IMG/VR virus record: IMGVR_UViG_3300042892_003815
Span: 126,951-190,950 of that record
Direction: 5' to 3' (one strand)
From: a virus
DNA: 64,000 bases
Position numbers and translations under genes: made by a program. Positions 1 to 8,885 of the stretch are shown piece after piece. Under the pieces are notes generated by a model. It saw only the letters and a list, made by a program, of their open reading frames with translations, was not told where the DNA came from and did no database searches. Each line of letters starts with the position of its first letter. The stretch's first letter is position 1.

Positions 1-84
1 GATGTGATGAAACATAGCTCACATTTCTTACCTAATTGGATTCAAGAAGCAATTAAAAGAGTAAATATCAAGGTTACTACATAA
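1..84 (+). CDS. 3' end of a gene entering the window (…DVMKHSSHFLPNWIQEAIKRVNIKVTT*); possibly a helicase C-terminus
   Basis: Frame 1 is open from base 1 to TAA at 82-84 and is followed by a terminator. Product guess is weak. Confidence 0.5.
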   Translation, partial: DVMKHSSHFLPNWIQEAIKRVNIKVTT

Positions 85-85
85 C

Positions 86-114
86 AAAAAAAGACCCAAA
101 TTGGGTCTTTTTTT
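86..114. terminator. Bidirectional intrinsic terminator
   Basis: AAAAAAAGACCCAA-A-TTGGGTCTTTTTTT hairpin between convergent genes. Confidence 0.85.
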
Positions 115-132
115 ATTGTTTATATTTTATTA

Positions 133-708
133 TTATTTACCTTGTTTTTTTAATATAGCTTTTTGCATTGCCTCAGGAAGTTTTTTCTGTCCAGCAGTTA
201 AACCTTTTTTAGGTTCTTCTTTCTTATCATCTTTAGCGTCTTTAGCAGCTTTTTTCATAGTTTCTTTTTTATCACCATCTTTATCTAAATCTAAGAAATC
301 TGGTTTACCTTTTCCACCTTTTTTATCATCTTTTCCACCTTTTTTAGCTTTTTGTTTATCTAAATAAGCTTGGAATCCTGCATTGATTTTTTTCTTTTCA
401 ACGATTTCTTCGTCACCCCATCTTCTGATTCTGTTTTCTTCTTGTGAATCTTCTTCCTCTTCTTCCTCTTCAGAGTGACCGTAGTCATCTTCTTCTTCAC
501 CTAATTCATTAGTTTCCTCATCTGCATCTTCACAGCCACAAGGTGTTCCATTACAAAACTCACAATTTTGATCATCAAAGTCTTCATCGTTGAATTCGTT
601 ACCTTCTTCGCCAAACTTAACCACGTCACTTTCACGTTCTTGTGCGAATCTACCGAACTTATCCTCTTCTTCAAAACTAAAGTTCTCAAATTTTTTAATG
701 TGTTTCAT
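133..708 (-). CDS. Hypothetical protein with acidic N-half and Lys-rich C-half; capsid-targeting-like N-terminus
   Basis: 191 aa ORF starting MKHIKKFENF; TAATATATA upstream on minus strand (732-740). Confidence 0.8.
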   Translation of the reverse strand: MKHIKKFENFSFEEEDKFGRFAQERESDVVKFGEEGNEFNDEDFDDQNCEFCNGTPCGCEDADEETNELGEEEDDYGHSEEEEEEEDSQEENRIRRWGDEEIVEKKKINAGFQAYLDKQKAKKGGKDDKKGGKGKPDFLDLDKDGDKKETMKKAAKDAKDDKKEEPKKGLTAGQKKLPEAMQKAILKKQGK

Positions 709-779
709 ATTATTTTAAATCTATTTTTAATTATATATTAAATATTTATATCACTTTTATCGTTTTTATAATTTTTTTT

Positions 780-788
780 TAATATATA
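780..788 (+). promoter_or_regulatory. Representative phage late-promoter-like element TWATATATA (over 20 copies in window)
   Basis: Also at 6644, 10975, 12181, 20529, 28040, 37793, 43173, 49211, 49684, 52421, 56851, 61489 (+) and 732, 10162, 10943, 19217, 20501, 27972, 31035, 37104, 39572, 40761, 42260 (-). Confidence 0.7.
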
Positions 789-792
789 TGAT

Positions 793-1575
793 ATGAAAAT
801 ACAGAAATTTCAACAATATTCACTTCAAGACTCAATGGCATTAGATTTTATCAATTCATTTGATGGTTTAATCACTGAATCTGATGAAACCGAATATAAA
901 AAAGTACAAAAGCGAGTTATAAGTGATTTGAGATTAAATGGAAATTTATCTTTAACATTTGGTACAGGTATCAAAGCATTTTATCCAGTAGTAGATAAAC
1001 TAATGACTAATATGAAAATTAGCTCTATTGATATTACTGCAGACAAAGTAGTCCTTCTTACAATATGTGCATTTACAATAGTTTATTTAGAAGAGAAAAA
1101 GTTCAAAGATGGTCAAGAAGAGGAAATCTTAACAAAAGATTCTAAGTCTATGTTAGAAGAATTAAAGATGATGGGTATCGGAAATGGAATTGTTAAGAAG
1201 GTAGTTAAACTATTCAAGTCTATTACTAATATTTTCACAATAATTGGTAAACATTTAAACACAGTTACCAAAGGTTTTATTGATATGTTTGCTTATACTG
1301 CAATTCTAATACCTATAATGAATGGAATTCTTTACATAATAGGAAAATATGATCTAAGTGTAGATACTTTCCTACAAAATTTTGCTGCTTTAGGAATCGG
1401 TGTTGGAACTTTAATTGCAAAAAATGGAATAATTTCCATTATTGATAAACTTAAAGATAAAATTAGTACAAAAGATAAAAAAGAAATAGTTGATGAGGTC
1501 GATACCACTGTTATAAAGAAGGTATCAGACTTTATTACGGAACCAACCGATGGTGAAATGATTAATGAACAGTAA
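793..1575 (+). CDS. Hypothetical membrane-associated protein
   Basis: 260 aa ORF with several hydrophobic segments; TAATATATA 4 nt before ATG. Confidence 0.75.
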   Translation: MKIQKFQQYSLQDSMALDFINSFDGLITESDETEYKKVQKRVISDLRLNGNLSLTFGTGIKAFYPVVDKLMTNMKISSIDITADKVVLLTICAFTIVYLEEKKFKDGQEEEILTKDSKSMLEELKMMGIGNGIVKKVVKLFKSITNIFTIIGKHLNTVTKGFIDMFAYTAILIPIMNGILYIIGKYDLSVDTFLQNFAALGIGVGTLIAKNGIISIIDKLKDKISTKDKKEIVDEVDTTVIKKVSDFITEPTDGEMINEQ

Positions 1576-1630
1576 TTTATAGCAAACTTAAACGTAAGAT
1601 TTACTATAATAATAAAATTAATCAAAATTA

Positions 1631-2959
1631 ATGACACCACAATTAGAAAAAGTATTTTTCAATTACATTTTAAGCAATAAGAAGTATTTTGATGTAGTTA
1701 AAACTTTCTTTTTTAGAAATTCTGAAATTCAATTTGTTTACGGAGTTATACGAAGCTATATGTTAACTAATACTGATACTGGGACACCTACTCCAAGACA
1801 GATATTAGATATGGTCTCACTCGAAGACAAAGAAGGTGTTATCACGAAAGAAATTTTAAAATCCATTTTACAAGTAGATCTTAAAGAGTACGATGAAAAA
1901 AACTTCATCGAACCAAAATTTAATGCTTGGATCTTATCCAATCGTTTAAAAACAGGAACCGTTGATATTATCGACGAAACTAGAAATCTTGACTCTATCT
2001 CTGATTTTGAAAAAGCAGTTGAAGCAGCCGCACGTATTAAAGCAATAGTAGATGAAATGTCTTCTACCAATTTTGTTGACGATGATGATATGGGTGTCGA
2101 CTTTGACGATGCCGAAAGTCACGTACAAGATAGTTCTAAGTTTAAAGTTAGTTGTGGTTTCCCAACTATTGACCACATGCTAGGTGGTGGATGGGATATT
2201 GGAACTTTCAATGTAATCATGGCAGAAACCAATAATGGTAAATCATTATGGATGCAAAACTTTGCGGTTAAGTCTGCCGATATGGGACATAATGTACTTT
2301 ACATTACACTTGAAATGAGTGAAAGAAAAGTAATGAAACGTTTAGGAGCAATGCGTTTAAAAATACCCATAAATGATTATGATGTTGTATCAAAGGATAT
2401 TGACTTAATCAAAAAAAGAATCGCTGGTTTAAGTAAAACTGATGGTGGTGATATTTTTGATAAAAAAGTCGGTAAGATATATGCTAAATTCTGGGCAGCC
2501 GGAACTGCAACTGTCGCAGACTTTGATAACTATCTTCAAAAGCTTAAAGAAAAAAAAGGAATTAAAATTGACTTAGTTATAGTTGACTATATTACTCTTG
2601 TCGCTGCACCTAAAGGTTCAGGAACAGATAACTTATACTCTAAAGGTAAAGTTCTATCTGAAGGATTAAGAGCAATAGGAGCCAAATATAAATGTCCTGT
2701 GATAACCGGAGTACAAGTAGCAAAAGATGCTTGGAACTCTGCAGATATTACATTAGAAAGTGTACCCGAATCAAAAGCAATCGCAGAAACTGCTGATACA
2801 TTTTTTGCAATTATTCGTACAGAAGAGATGAAAAGACAGAACTTGTATAGATTCAAGTTACTGAAACAAAGAGATGGAGATTTCTTAAAGTCCCAGATTA
2901 GGTTAAACCTAAACTCAACCTACTTAACTCTAGAGAACGATCAGTTCCTAGATACATAA
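1631..2959 (+). CDS. dnaB: Replicative DNA helicase (DnaB / T4 gp41-like)
   Basis: Walker A MAETNNGKS, YITLEMSE, Walker B LVIVDYITL, ITGVQ, KQRDG arginine-finger region. Confidence 0.9.
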   Translation: MTPQLEKVFFNYILSNKKYFDVVKTFFFRNSEIQFVYGVIRSYMLTNTDTGTPTPRQILDMVSLEDKEGVITKEILKSILQVDLKEYDEKNFIEPKFNAWILSNRLKTGTVDIIDETRNLDSISDFEKAVEAAARIKAIVDEMSSTNFVDDDDMGVDFDDAESHVQDSSKFKVSCGFPTIDHMLGGGWDIGTFNVIMAETNNGKSLWMQNFAVKSADMGHNVLYITLEMSERKVMKRLGAMRLKIPINDYDVVSKDIDLIKKRIAGLSKTDGGDIFDKKVGKIYAKFWAAGTATVADFDNYLQKLKEKKGIKIDLVIVDYITLVAAPKGSGTDNLYSKGKVLSEGLRAIGAKYKCPVITGVQVAKDAWNSADITLESVPESKAIAETADTFFAIIRTEEMKRQNLYRFKLLKQRDGDFLKSQIRLNLNSTYLTLENDQFLDT

Positions 2960-3000
2960 ACAACAAAATTATATTTTGTATATAAAAAAATAAAAATACT

Positions 3001-3963
3001 ATGGCAAACAAAATTGTCGATGAAGATGACGACTTCGAGAATGACTTTGATAATGAAGATGATGATAACTTTGAAGGACCATCTATGGAAGAGTTTGAGG
3101 ATGATTCTGATGATTCAAGTGACTCTGGATTAGACTTTGGTGATGATGAGGATTTAGATATTATCATTGAGATAGATGAAGATGATTTGAATCTTGATAT
3201 AATACCAGAAGTTGAAAAATCCACTGAATCAGAAGAAGACATTGTACTTTCTAAACATAAAATAGAAGGAAAACACTCACTGAAATACGATTCGATCTTT
3301 AAAGGTAAGAAAGAAGAAGCGGTAGATGAAGATGATACATCAGATTTATTTTCCGGTTATTATAGAGAAACTATTGAAGTAGATAAAGGTTCTAATTATC
3401 ATTTTGAATCAATTGATAATGAAATATACATTAGAACAAAATTAGTTAAAGAAAGAGTTTATTTTGTATTAGGAGAATATACTACGATTAGTTTTCTGAA
3501 TAATAGAAGAAAACCATCCAGAGTAGATTTTAATAACTATTACTCTTTATTAAAAATTCATCTAAAAGATGAGAGTTTTACAAATGTTGAACTATTCAAT
3601 GAGTTATCAGTATACTTTTCTGATAATTTATTTAATATGTTTAAACTATTAGATAATAAGTGGCGTAATTTAATTATAAATGAATTACAAGACCATATAG
3701 GTAAAAATATCAATTCAAAAGATATTACAAATAGAAATATTTACGAAGGAACAGAAATTGAATTTATCTGGGATGATCCAATCACAGAAGAAGAGAAAAT
3801 TATAACCGGAGTAGTAATGGAGACGGATTATGAGAATAACACTTTTAAAGTAGATTCTTACGAAAATATTTATCAAGTAAATATTAAACAAATCTCTAAA
3901 ATTTTAAATAATACAAAGTTTAAGTATAATTTAAACAAATTAAATAACATAGATTTTTTATAA
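3001..3963 (+). CDS. Hypothetical protein with very acidic N-terminus
   Basis: 320 aa ORF between helicase and nrdA. Confidence 0.75.
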   Translation: MANKIVDEDDDFENDFDNEDDDNFEGPSMEEFEDDSDDSSDSGLDFGDDEDLDIIIEIDEDDLNLDIIPEVEKSTESEEDIVLSKHKIEGKHSLKYDSIFKGKKEEAVDEDDTSDLFSGYYRETIEVDKGSNYHFESIDNEIYIRTKLVKERVYFVLGEYTTISFLNNRRKPSRVDFNNYYSLLKIHLKDESFTNVELFNELSVYFSDNLFNMFKLLDNKWRNLIINELQDHIGKNINSKDITNRNIYEGTEIEFIWDDPITEEEKIITGVVMETDYENNTFKVDSYENIYQVNIKQISKILNNTKFKYNLNKLNNIDFL

Positions 3964-4062
3964 AAAATATTTTTTATCAATTATAAAAAACCAATAAAAA
4001 AAAGAATATTGATTTTTTTAGATTAAAAAGTATTTCAATATATAAAAAACAAAAAATTAAAA

Positions 4063-6612
4063 ATGAGCATGATAAAAGTAATAAAAAGAAATGGTAAGAA
4101 AGAGCCAGTCATGTTAGACAAAATCTTAGACAGAATCACACAACAAACTTATGGGTTAGATCAAAAATGGATTGTTCCTTTTGAAGTAGCACAAAAAGTA
4201 ATTGAAGGTATTATGCCAGATATTCAAACTTCTGTTTTAGATTCTCTAGCAATGGAGACTGCAGCATCTCTTACAACAAAACACCCTGACTATTCAACAT
4301 TAGCGGCAAGATTAGCAATTACAGCATTACACAAAGAAACTAAAAAAAGCTTTTCAGAAACTGTTTCTGATTTATACAAATACATAGATCCTAAAACTAG
4401 AAAACATTCACCGATTGTTTCTAAAAAATTCCGTGATATTGTAAAAAAACACGCAGATGAATTAGACTCTGCAATTGTACACTCCAGAGATCATAACTTT
4501 GATTACTTTGGATTTAAAACATTAGAAAAGTCATATCTATTGAAACTTGACGGTAAAGTTGCCGAAAGACCTCAATATATGTATATGAGAACTGCACTAC
4601 AAGTTTGTGGTGAAGACATACAGGGTGTTATCGACACTTATAACTTACTTTCAGAAGGTTATTATACACACGCAACACCAACATTATTCAACTCTGGGAC
4701 AACAAGACCTCAATTATCTTCTTGTTTCTTACTTGATACAGAGTCAGATTCTATTGAAGGTATTTTCAATACACTAAAAGAATCCGCACAGATTTCTAAA
4801 AATGCAGGTGGTATTGGTATCTCTTTTACAAAAGTAAGAGCAAAAGGAACTTATATCGCAGGAACTAACGGTACTTCAAATGGTATTATTCCTTTCCTAA
4901 AAATCTTCAATGAAACTGCAAGAGCAGTAGACCAAGGTGGTGGGAAAAGAAAAGGTTCAATTGCAATTTATATGGAACCTTGGCATGCCGATATTATGGA
5001 CTTCTTAGATTTAAGAAAAAACCAAGGTAAAGACGAAATCAGAGCTAGAGATTTATTCCTGGCTATGTGGACCAATGACTTATTTATGGAAAGAGTTGAC
5101 TTAGACGAAGATTGGTCTTTAATGTGTCCTCATGAATGTCCTGGTTTAACTGAGACTTACGGTCAAGAGTTTAGAGATTTATATATTGGATATGAATCAG
5201 AAGGAAGATTTAAGAGAGTAGTTAAAGCTAGAGAAGTATGGAATAAAATCTTAGAATCTCAAATTGAAACTGGAACTCCTTATATCTTATATAAAGATTC
5301 TATCAATGAGAAGTCTAACCAATCAAACATTGGTGTAGTTAGAAGTTCTAATTTATGTGCTGAGATTGTTGAGGCAACAGGAATTACTAAAGTTCAAAAA
5401 GAAATTCTTCAAAATAAAGAATTATTAGAAAGTTTAGGATTAGGCTCATTCTATGGTGAAGAATCAGTAAATGAAACTGCAGTTTGTAATTTAGCTTCTA
5501 TCGCACTTCCTAAGTTTGTAAATAAAAACAAAACCTATAACCATAACAAGTTATTTGATGTTGCTTATCAAGCTACTGTAAACTTGAACAAAGTTATTGA
5601 TGTAAATTATTATCCATCAGAAGCAGCTAGATTCTCAAACTTATTACATAGACCAGTTGGTTTAGGTGTTCAAGGATTAGCAGATGTATTCTTTTTATTG
5701 GGAATTACTTATGACTCTGATGATGCAAAATCATTAAACAAAGAGATTTTTGAAACTATTTACTATGCTTCGATTAAAGCCTCTTGTGATTTAGCTAAAG
5801 TAGAAGGTGCTTATCCAACATTTGCTGGGTCTCCAATTTCAGAAGGTAAATTCCAATTTGACTTATGGGGTACTAAACCAACAAAAAGATGGGATTGGGA
5901 CAAGTTAAGAGAAGACATTAAAAAATATGGAGTTAGAAACTCTTTAACTACTTGTATTATGCCAACAGCATCAACAGCATCTATTCTAGGAAACGAAGCA
6001 AGTTGTGAAGCACAAACTTCAAATATGTACACAAGAGGTGTTTTATCTGGTACTTTTATCATTGTAAACAAATATCTTGTAAAAGAGTTAGTTAAATTAG
6101 GTATCTGGTCTGATAACATTAGAAGAAAGATTATTGCAGAGAATGGTTCAGTTCAAAACATACCTGAAATTCCTACTAATGTAAAAGAAATCTTTAAAAC
6201 CGTTTATGAGATTAAACAAAGAGACGTAATTGATATGGCGGCAGAAAGAGGAGCATTTATTGATCAAACTCAATCTATGAATATCTTTATGGATTCTCCA
6301 AACTTCGCAAAATTGACAGCAATGCACTTTTACGGTTGGGGAAGAAGAGCTCTTATGAAAGATGAAAATGGTGTTGAAATTATCCCACAAGGAGAAAACA
6401 CAGAAGTAATCTATGATAAATCTGGTAAGCCAAGATTTTACAGAGAGAAAAAATCAGCTTTAAAAACTGGTATTTACTATCTAAGAAATAAAGCAGCAGG
6501 TGATGCAGTTAAATTCACAACTCAAGAAGAAGTGAAATCTGTTGAAGACCAAATGGCAGAAATCAGTTGTTCGTTAGACAACCCAGATGATTGTTTAGCT
6601 TGTGGTTCATAA
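4063..6612 (+). CDS. nrdA: Ribonucleoside-diphosphate reductase class Ia large subunit with ATP cone
   Basis: VIKRNG ATP cone, ATPTLFNSG, LSSCFL, SNLCAEI, AVCNLAS, MPTAST, LKTGIYYLR, C-terminal CLACGS. Confidence 0.97.
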   Translation: MSMIKVIKRNGKKEPVMLDKILDRITQQTYGLDQKWIVPFEVAQKVIEGIMPDIQTSVLDSLAMETAASLTTKHPDYSTLAARLAITALHKETKKSFSETVSDLYKYIDPKTRKHSPIVSKKFRDIVKKHADELDSAIVHSRDHNFDYFGFKTLEKSYLLKLDGKVAERPQYMYMRTALQVCGEDIQGVIDTYNLLSEGYYTHATPTLFNSGTTRPQLSSCFLLDTESDSIEGIFNTLKESAQISKNAGGIGISFTKVRAKGTYIAGTNGTSNGIIPFLKIFNETARAVDQGGGKRKGSIAIYMEPWHADIMDFLDLRKNQGKDEIRARDLFLAMWTNDLFMERVDLDEDWSLMCPHECPGLTETYGQEFRDLYIGYESEGRFKRVVKAREVWNKILESQIETGTPYILYKDSINEKSNQSNIGVVRSSNLCAEIVEATGITKVQKEILQNKELLESLGLGSFYGEESVNETAVCNLASIALPKFVNKNKTYNHNKLFDVAYQATVNLNKVIDVNYYPSEAARFSNLLHRPVGLGVQGLADVFFLLGITYDSDDAKSLNKEIFETIYYASIKASCDLAKVEGAYPTFAGSPISEGKFQFDLWGTKPTKRWDWDKLREDIKKYGVRNSLTTCIMPTASTASILGNEASCEAQTSNMYTRGVLSGTFIIVNKYLVKELVKLGIWSDNIRRKIIAENGSVQNIPEIPTNVKEIFKTVYEIKQRDVIDMAAERGAFIDQTQSMNIFMDSPNFAKLTAMHFYGWGRRALMKDENGVEIIPQGENTEVIYDKSGKPRFYREKKSALKTGIYYLRNKAAGDAVKFTTQEEVKSVEDQMAEISCSLDNPDDCLACGS

Positions 6613-6616
6613 TAAT

Positions 6617-6645
6617 AAAATCCTCTTTTTTAAGAGGATTTTTTT
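6617..6645 (+). terminator. Intrinsic terminator after nrdA
   Basis: AAAATCCTCTT…AAGAGGATTTT followed by a T-run. Confidence 0.8.
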
Positions 6646-6657
6646 ATATATAGTATT

Positions 6658-6912
6658 ATGAAAATAAGAAAATTTAATGAGGAAATTGGGAATCCAAGTT
6701 ATCCTAATCCTCACAGACCAATGAAACAATTTGTTTTAACAACAACAAGTGAAAGTTCAGATCACTATATTTATTTTATTGAACATCCAGAAAAACCTAC
6801 ACAAGAAGAGTTAAAAAAGTTCTTAATTGAACAAGGAAATGATGTTGAAGATGGATATTCATATGAAAATGTAGATATGTGTGTTGAAATAAAAGACTTT
6901 AAAAGACTATAA
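6658..6912 (+). CDS. Hypothetical protein, capsid-targeting-like N-terminus
   Basis: 84 aa ORF starting MKIRKFNEE; TTATATATA 5 nt before ATG. Confidence 0.75.
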   Translation: MKIRKFNEEIGNPSYPNPHRPMKQFVLTTTSESSDHYIYFIEHPEKPTQEELKKFLIEQGNDVEDGYSYENVDMCVEIKDFKRL

Positions 6913-7016
6913 AAAATCCACCTTGGAAAAAAGCGAAATTTTCAAGGTTACTATATACATAAAATAAATTAAAAAAAGATTAAACTTTTTCTAATTTAAT
7001 AATACAATAATACAAT

Positions 7017-7082
7017 CAGTAGCAAATCATAGAGATACTTCGAAATGGATTCTAAAAAACTCTCTAAGATAACTTACTCTGG
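7017..7082 (+). ncRNA. Predicted short Y-RNA-like (Yrl-like) RNA 1
   Basis: Non-coding, upstream of Ro60. 5' motif CAGTAGCAAATCATAGAGATACTTCG. Helix 7026-7035 pairs with 7061-7070 (one mismatch); outer AGTAG pairs with TTACT 7074-7078. The motif recurs in RNA 2. Confidence 0.65.
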
Positions 7083-7099
7083 TTTTATTTTAAAAAAAC

Positions 7100-7325
7100 G
7101 CAAACATAGCAAAGTTCTAAGATACTTCGTATATTATACAACTATCAGCAAGAACGTATAAAGAGACTGCTTTATACTACCCACCTAAGAACTCAGCTTC
7201 TTAGTTATGGTTAAACAAGTCAGGAATTCATAAGTTTCCTTAAAAAGTATGAGTGAGATGTTACTTAAAGATCGGCAAAGTTAAGTAGAATTCTTTGTGT
7301 CGCTTAGGCTAATATTCTTGTTTGC
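7100..7325 (+). ncRNA. Predicted long Y-RNA-like RNA 2 with a multi-hairpin internal domain
   Basis: Ends pair (GCAAACA 7100-7106 / TGTTTGC 7319-7325; TAGC/GCTA; CTAAG/CTTAG). Shares the TAGCAAA-N-AGATACTTCG motif with RNA 1. Four internal hairpins. Confidence 0.65.
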
Positions 7326-7336
7326 TAAATTATAAT

Positions 7337-7377
7337 AAGACCAGATTTACAGAAATGTAATTCTGGTCTTTTTTTTT
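7337..7377 (+). terminator. Strong intrinsic terminator between the RNAs and the Ro60 gene
   Basis: AAGACCAGA-T-TTACA-GAAA-TGTAA-T-TCTGGTCTT followed by a T-run. Confidence 0.85.
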
Positions 7378-7408
7378 ACAAAAGATGAAATAAAAATAAA
7401 ATAAAATT

Positions 7409-8857
7409 ATGTCAAAATTTAACACAACCGTAAAAGAACCAAAAACAAAAACAATAAACCTAGCAGGTGGCGAAGCTTATTCTCAAACAAATGAATTAGC
7501 TTTAGTATCTATGTTACTAACTTCATTTGTGAATGATCAATTCTACAAATCTGGTAATGACACATTAAAAGATTTAAGAAGTTTGATTAAGAAAGTAGAT
7601 CCTGAGTTTGCCGCGAAAGCTGCTATTTATGCCCGTGATAAATTTGGTATGAGAAGTATTACTCACGCTTTGGCTGGTGAATTGACATCAGAGTTGAAAG
7701 GTAGTGAACTAGGTAAAAACTTCTATGACAAAGTTGTAGTTCGTGTTGATGATATGACTGAGATTATGTCATACTACTTAATGCACAAAACAAGTAAAGA
7801 CAATCCAAAGTTTCCAAACTCTTTGAAAAAAGGATTTGCAAAAGCTTTCGATAAGTTTGATTCTTACCAATTAGCAAAATACTCTGGTAAAAACAAAGAT
7901 CTTAAATTGGTTGATGTAGTCAACATTGTACACCCTGTTCCAACTGATAGAAACAAAACTGCTTTAGAATTACTTGTTAAAGCAGACTTGAAAGTCACTG
8001 AAACTTGGGAAGCTAAACTTTCTCAAGCAGGTCAAGTGGCCGAAAATGAAGAAGATTTAAGTCAATTAAAAGCGGATGCTTGGACTGATTTAATCACTTC
8101 AAGAAAAATCGGTTATTTTGCACTTCTTAGAAACCTAAGAAACATCTTAAATCAAGCACCTAATGCAGCTACTGCCGCATGTGAGTTGTTAGTAGATGAG
8201 AAAATGATTAGTAAATCAAGAGTTTTACCTTTTAGATTTGCAACTGCATATGAAGAAATTAGTAAAATGGGATCTTCAAAAGGAGTTAGAGAAGTATTGG
8301 TTGCAATAAACCAAGCGTTAGAGGTTTCAATGTGTAATGTTCCTAAGTTTGATGGTGATACATTAGTTGTTATGGACGTTTCTGGATCAATGAGTGGAAG
8401 ACCTTCTGAAATTGCATCATTATTTGGTGCGATTTTGGCAAAAGCTAACAATGCAGATGTTTTAACATTTGCGACTAGATCAGATTATAAGTCATATAAT
8501 CCATTGGATTCTGTTATGACAATTAGAAATAGTTTTAGATACTCTGGAGGTGGAACAAACTTCAAGTCAATCTTTACTACTGCTAATAAAAAATATGATA
8601 GAGTTGTTATTCTTTCAGATATGCAAGGATGGGTTGGTTACACAAGTCCAAGTGCGGAGTTTAAGCAATACAAGAAAACATATGATGCAAATCCTTATGT
8701 TTATTCTTGGGATTTGGCTGGTCTTGGGACAATGCAGTTTCCAGAAAACAATGTATTTGCTTTAGCTGGTTTCTCCGATAAAGTTTTTGATGTTATGAAG
8801 ATGATGGAAATGGATAAGAAAGCTCTTTTCAATGAAATTAAAGCTATTCAACTTTAA
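7409..8857 (+). CDS. rsr: Ro60 / TROVE-domain RNA-binding protein with C-terminal vWA domain
   Basis: TINLAGGEAY, AIYARDKFGMRS, YQLAKY, TWE, YFALLRNLRNI, RVLPFRF, vWA MIDAS DVSGSM, GGGT, ILSDMQ. Confidence 0.93.
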   Translation: MSKFNTTVKEPKTKTINLAGGEAYSQTNELALVSMLLTSFVNDQFYKSGNDTLKDLRSLIKKVDPEFAAKAAIYARDKFGMRSITHALAGELTSELKGSELGKNFYDKVVVRVDDMTEIMSYYLMHKTSKDNPKFPNSLKKGFAKAFDKFDSYQLAKYSGKNKDLKLVDVVNIVHPVPTDRNKTALELLVKADLKVTETWEAKLSQAGQVAENEEDLSQLKADAWTDLITSRKIGYFALLRNLRNILNQAPNAATAACELLVDEKMISKSRVLPFRFATAYEEISKMGSSKGVREVLVAINQALEVSMCNVPKFDGDTLVVMDVSGSMSGRPSEIASLFGAILAKANNADVLTFATRSDYKSYNPLDSVMTIRNSFRYSGGGTNFKSIFTTANKKYDRVVILSDMQGWVGYTSPSAEFKQYKKTYDANPYVYSWDLAGLGTMQFPENNVFALAGFSDKVFDVMKMMEMDKKALFNEIKAIQL

Positions 8858-8859
8858 TT

Positions 8860-8885
8860 AAAAACCCACTATTTTAGTGGGTTTT
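8860..8885. terminator. Bidirectional intrinsic terminator
   Basis: AAAACCCACTA-TTT-TAGTGGGTTTT between convergent genes. Confidence 0.8.

Noticed and set aside
4063-6612. Inteins or introns in nrdA
   Set aside because: The insertions are only about 30-35 aa, lack Cys/Ser-start and His-Asn-end splice motifs, and the frame is uninterrupted.
7100-7325. tRNA or tmRNA gene call for the structured region
   Set aside because: No cloverleaf, canonical T-loop (GTTCRA), CCA end or tag ORF recognisable. No tRNA genes were seen anywhere in the window.
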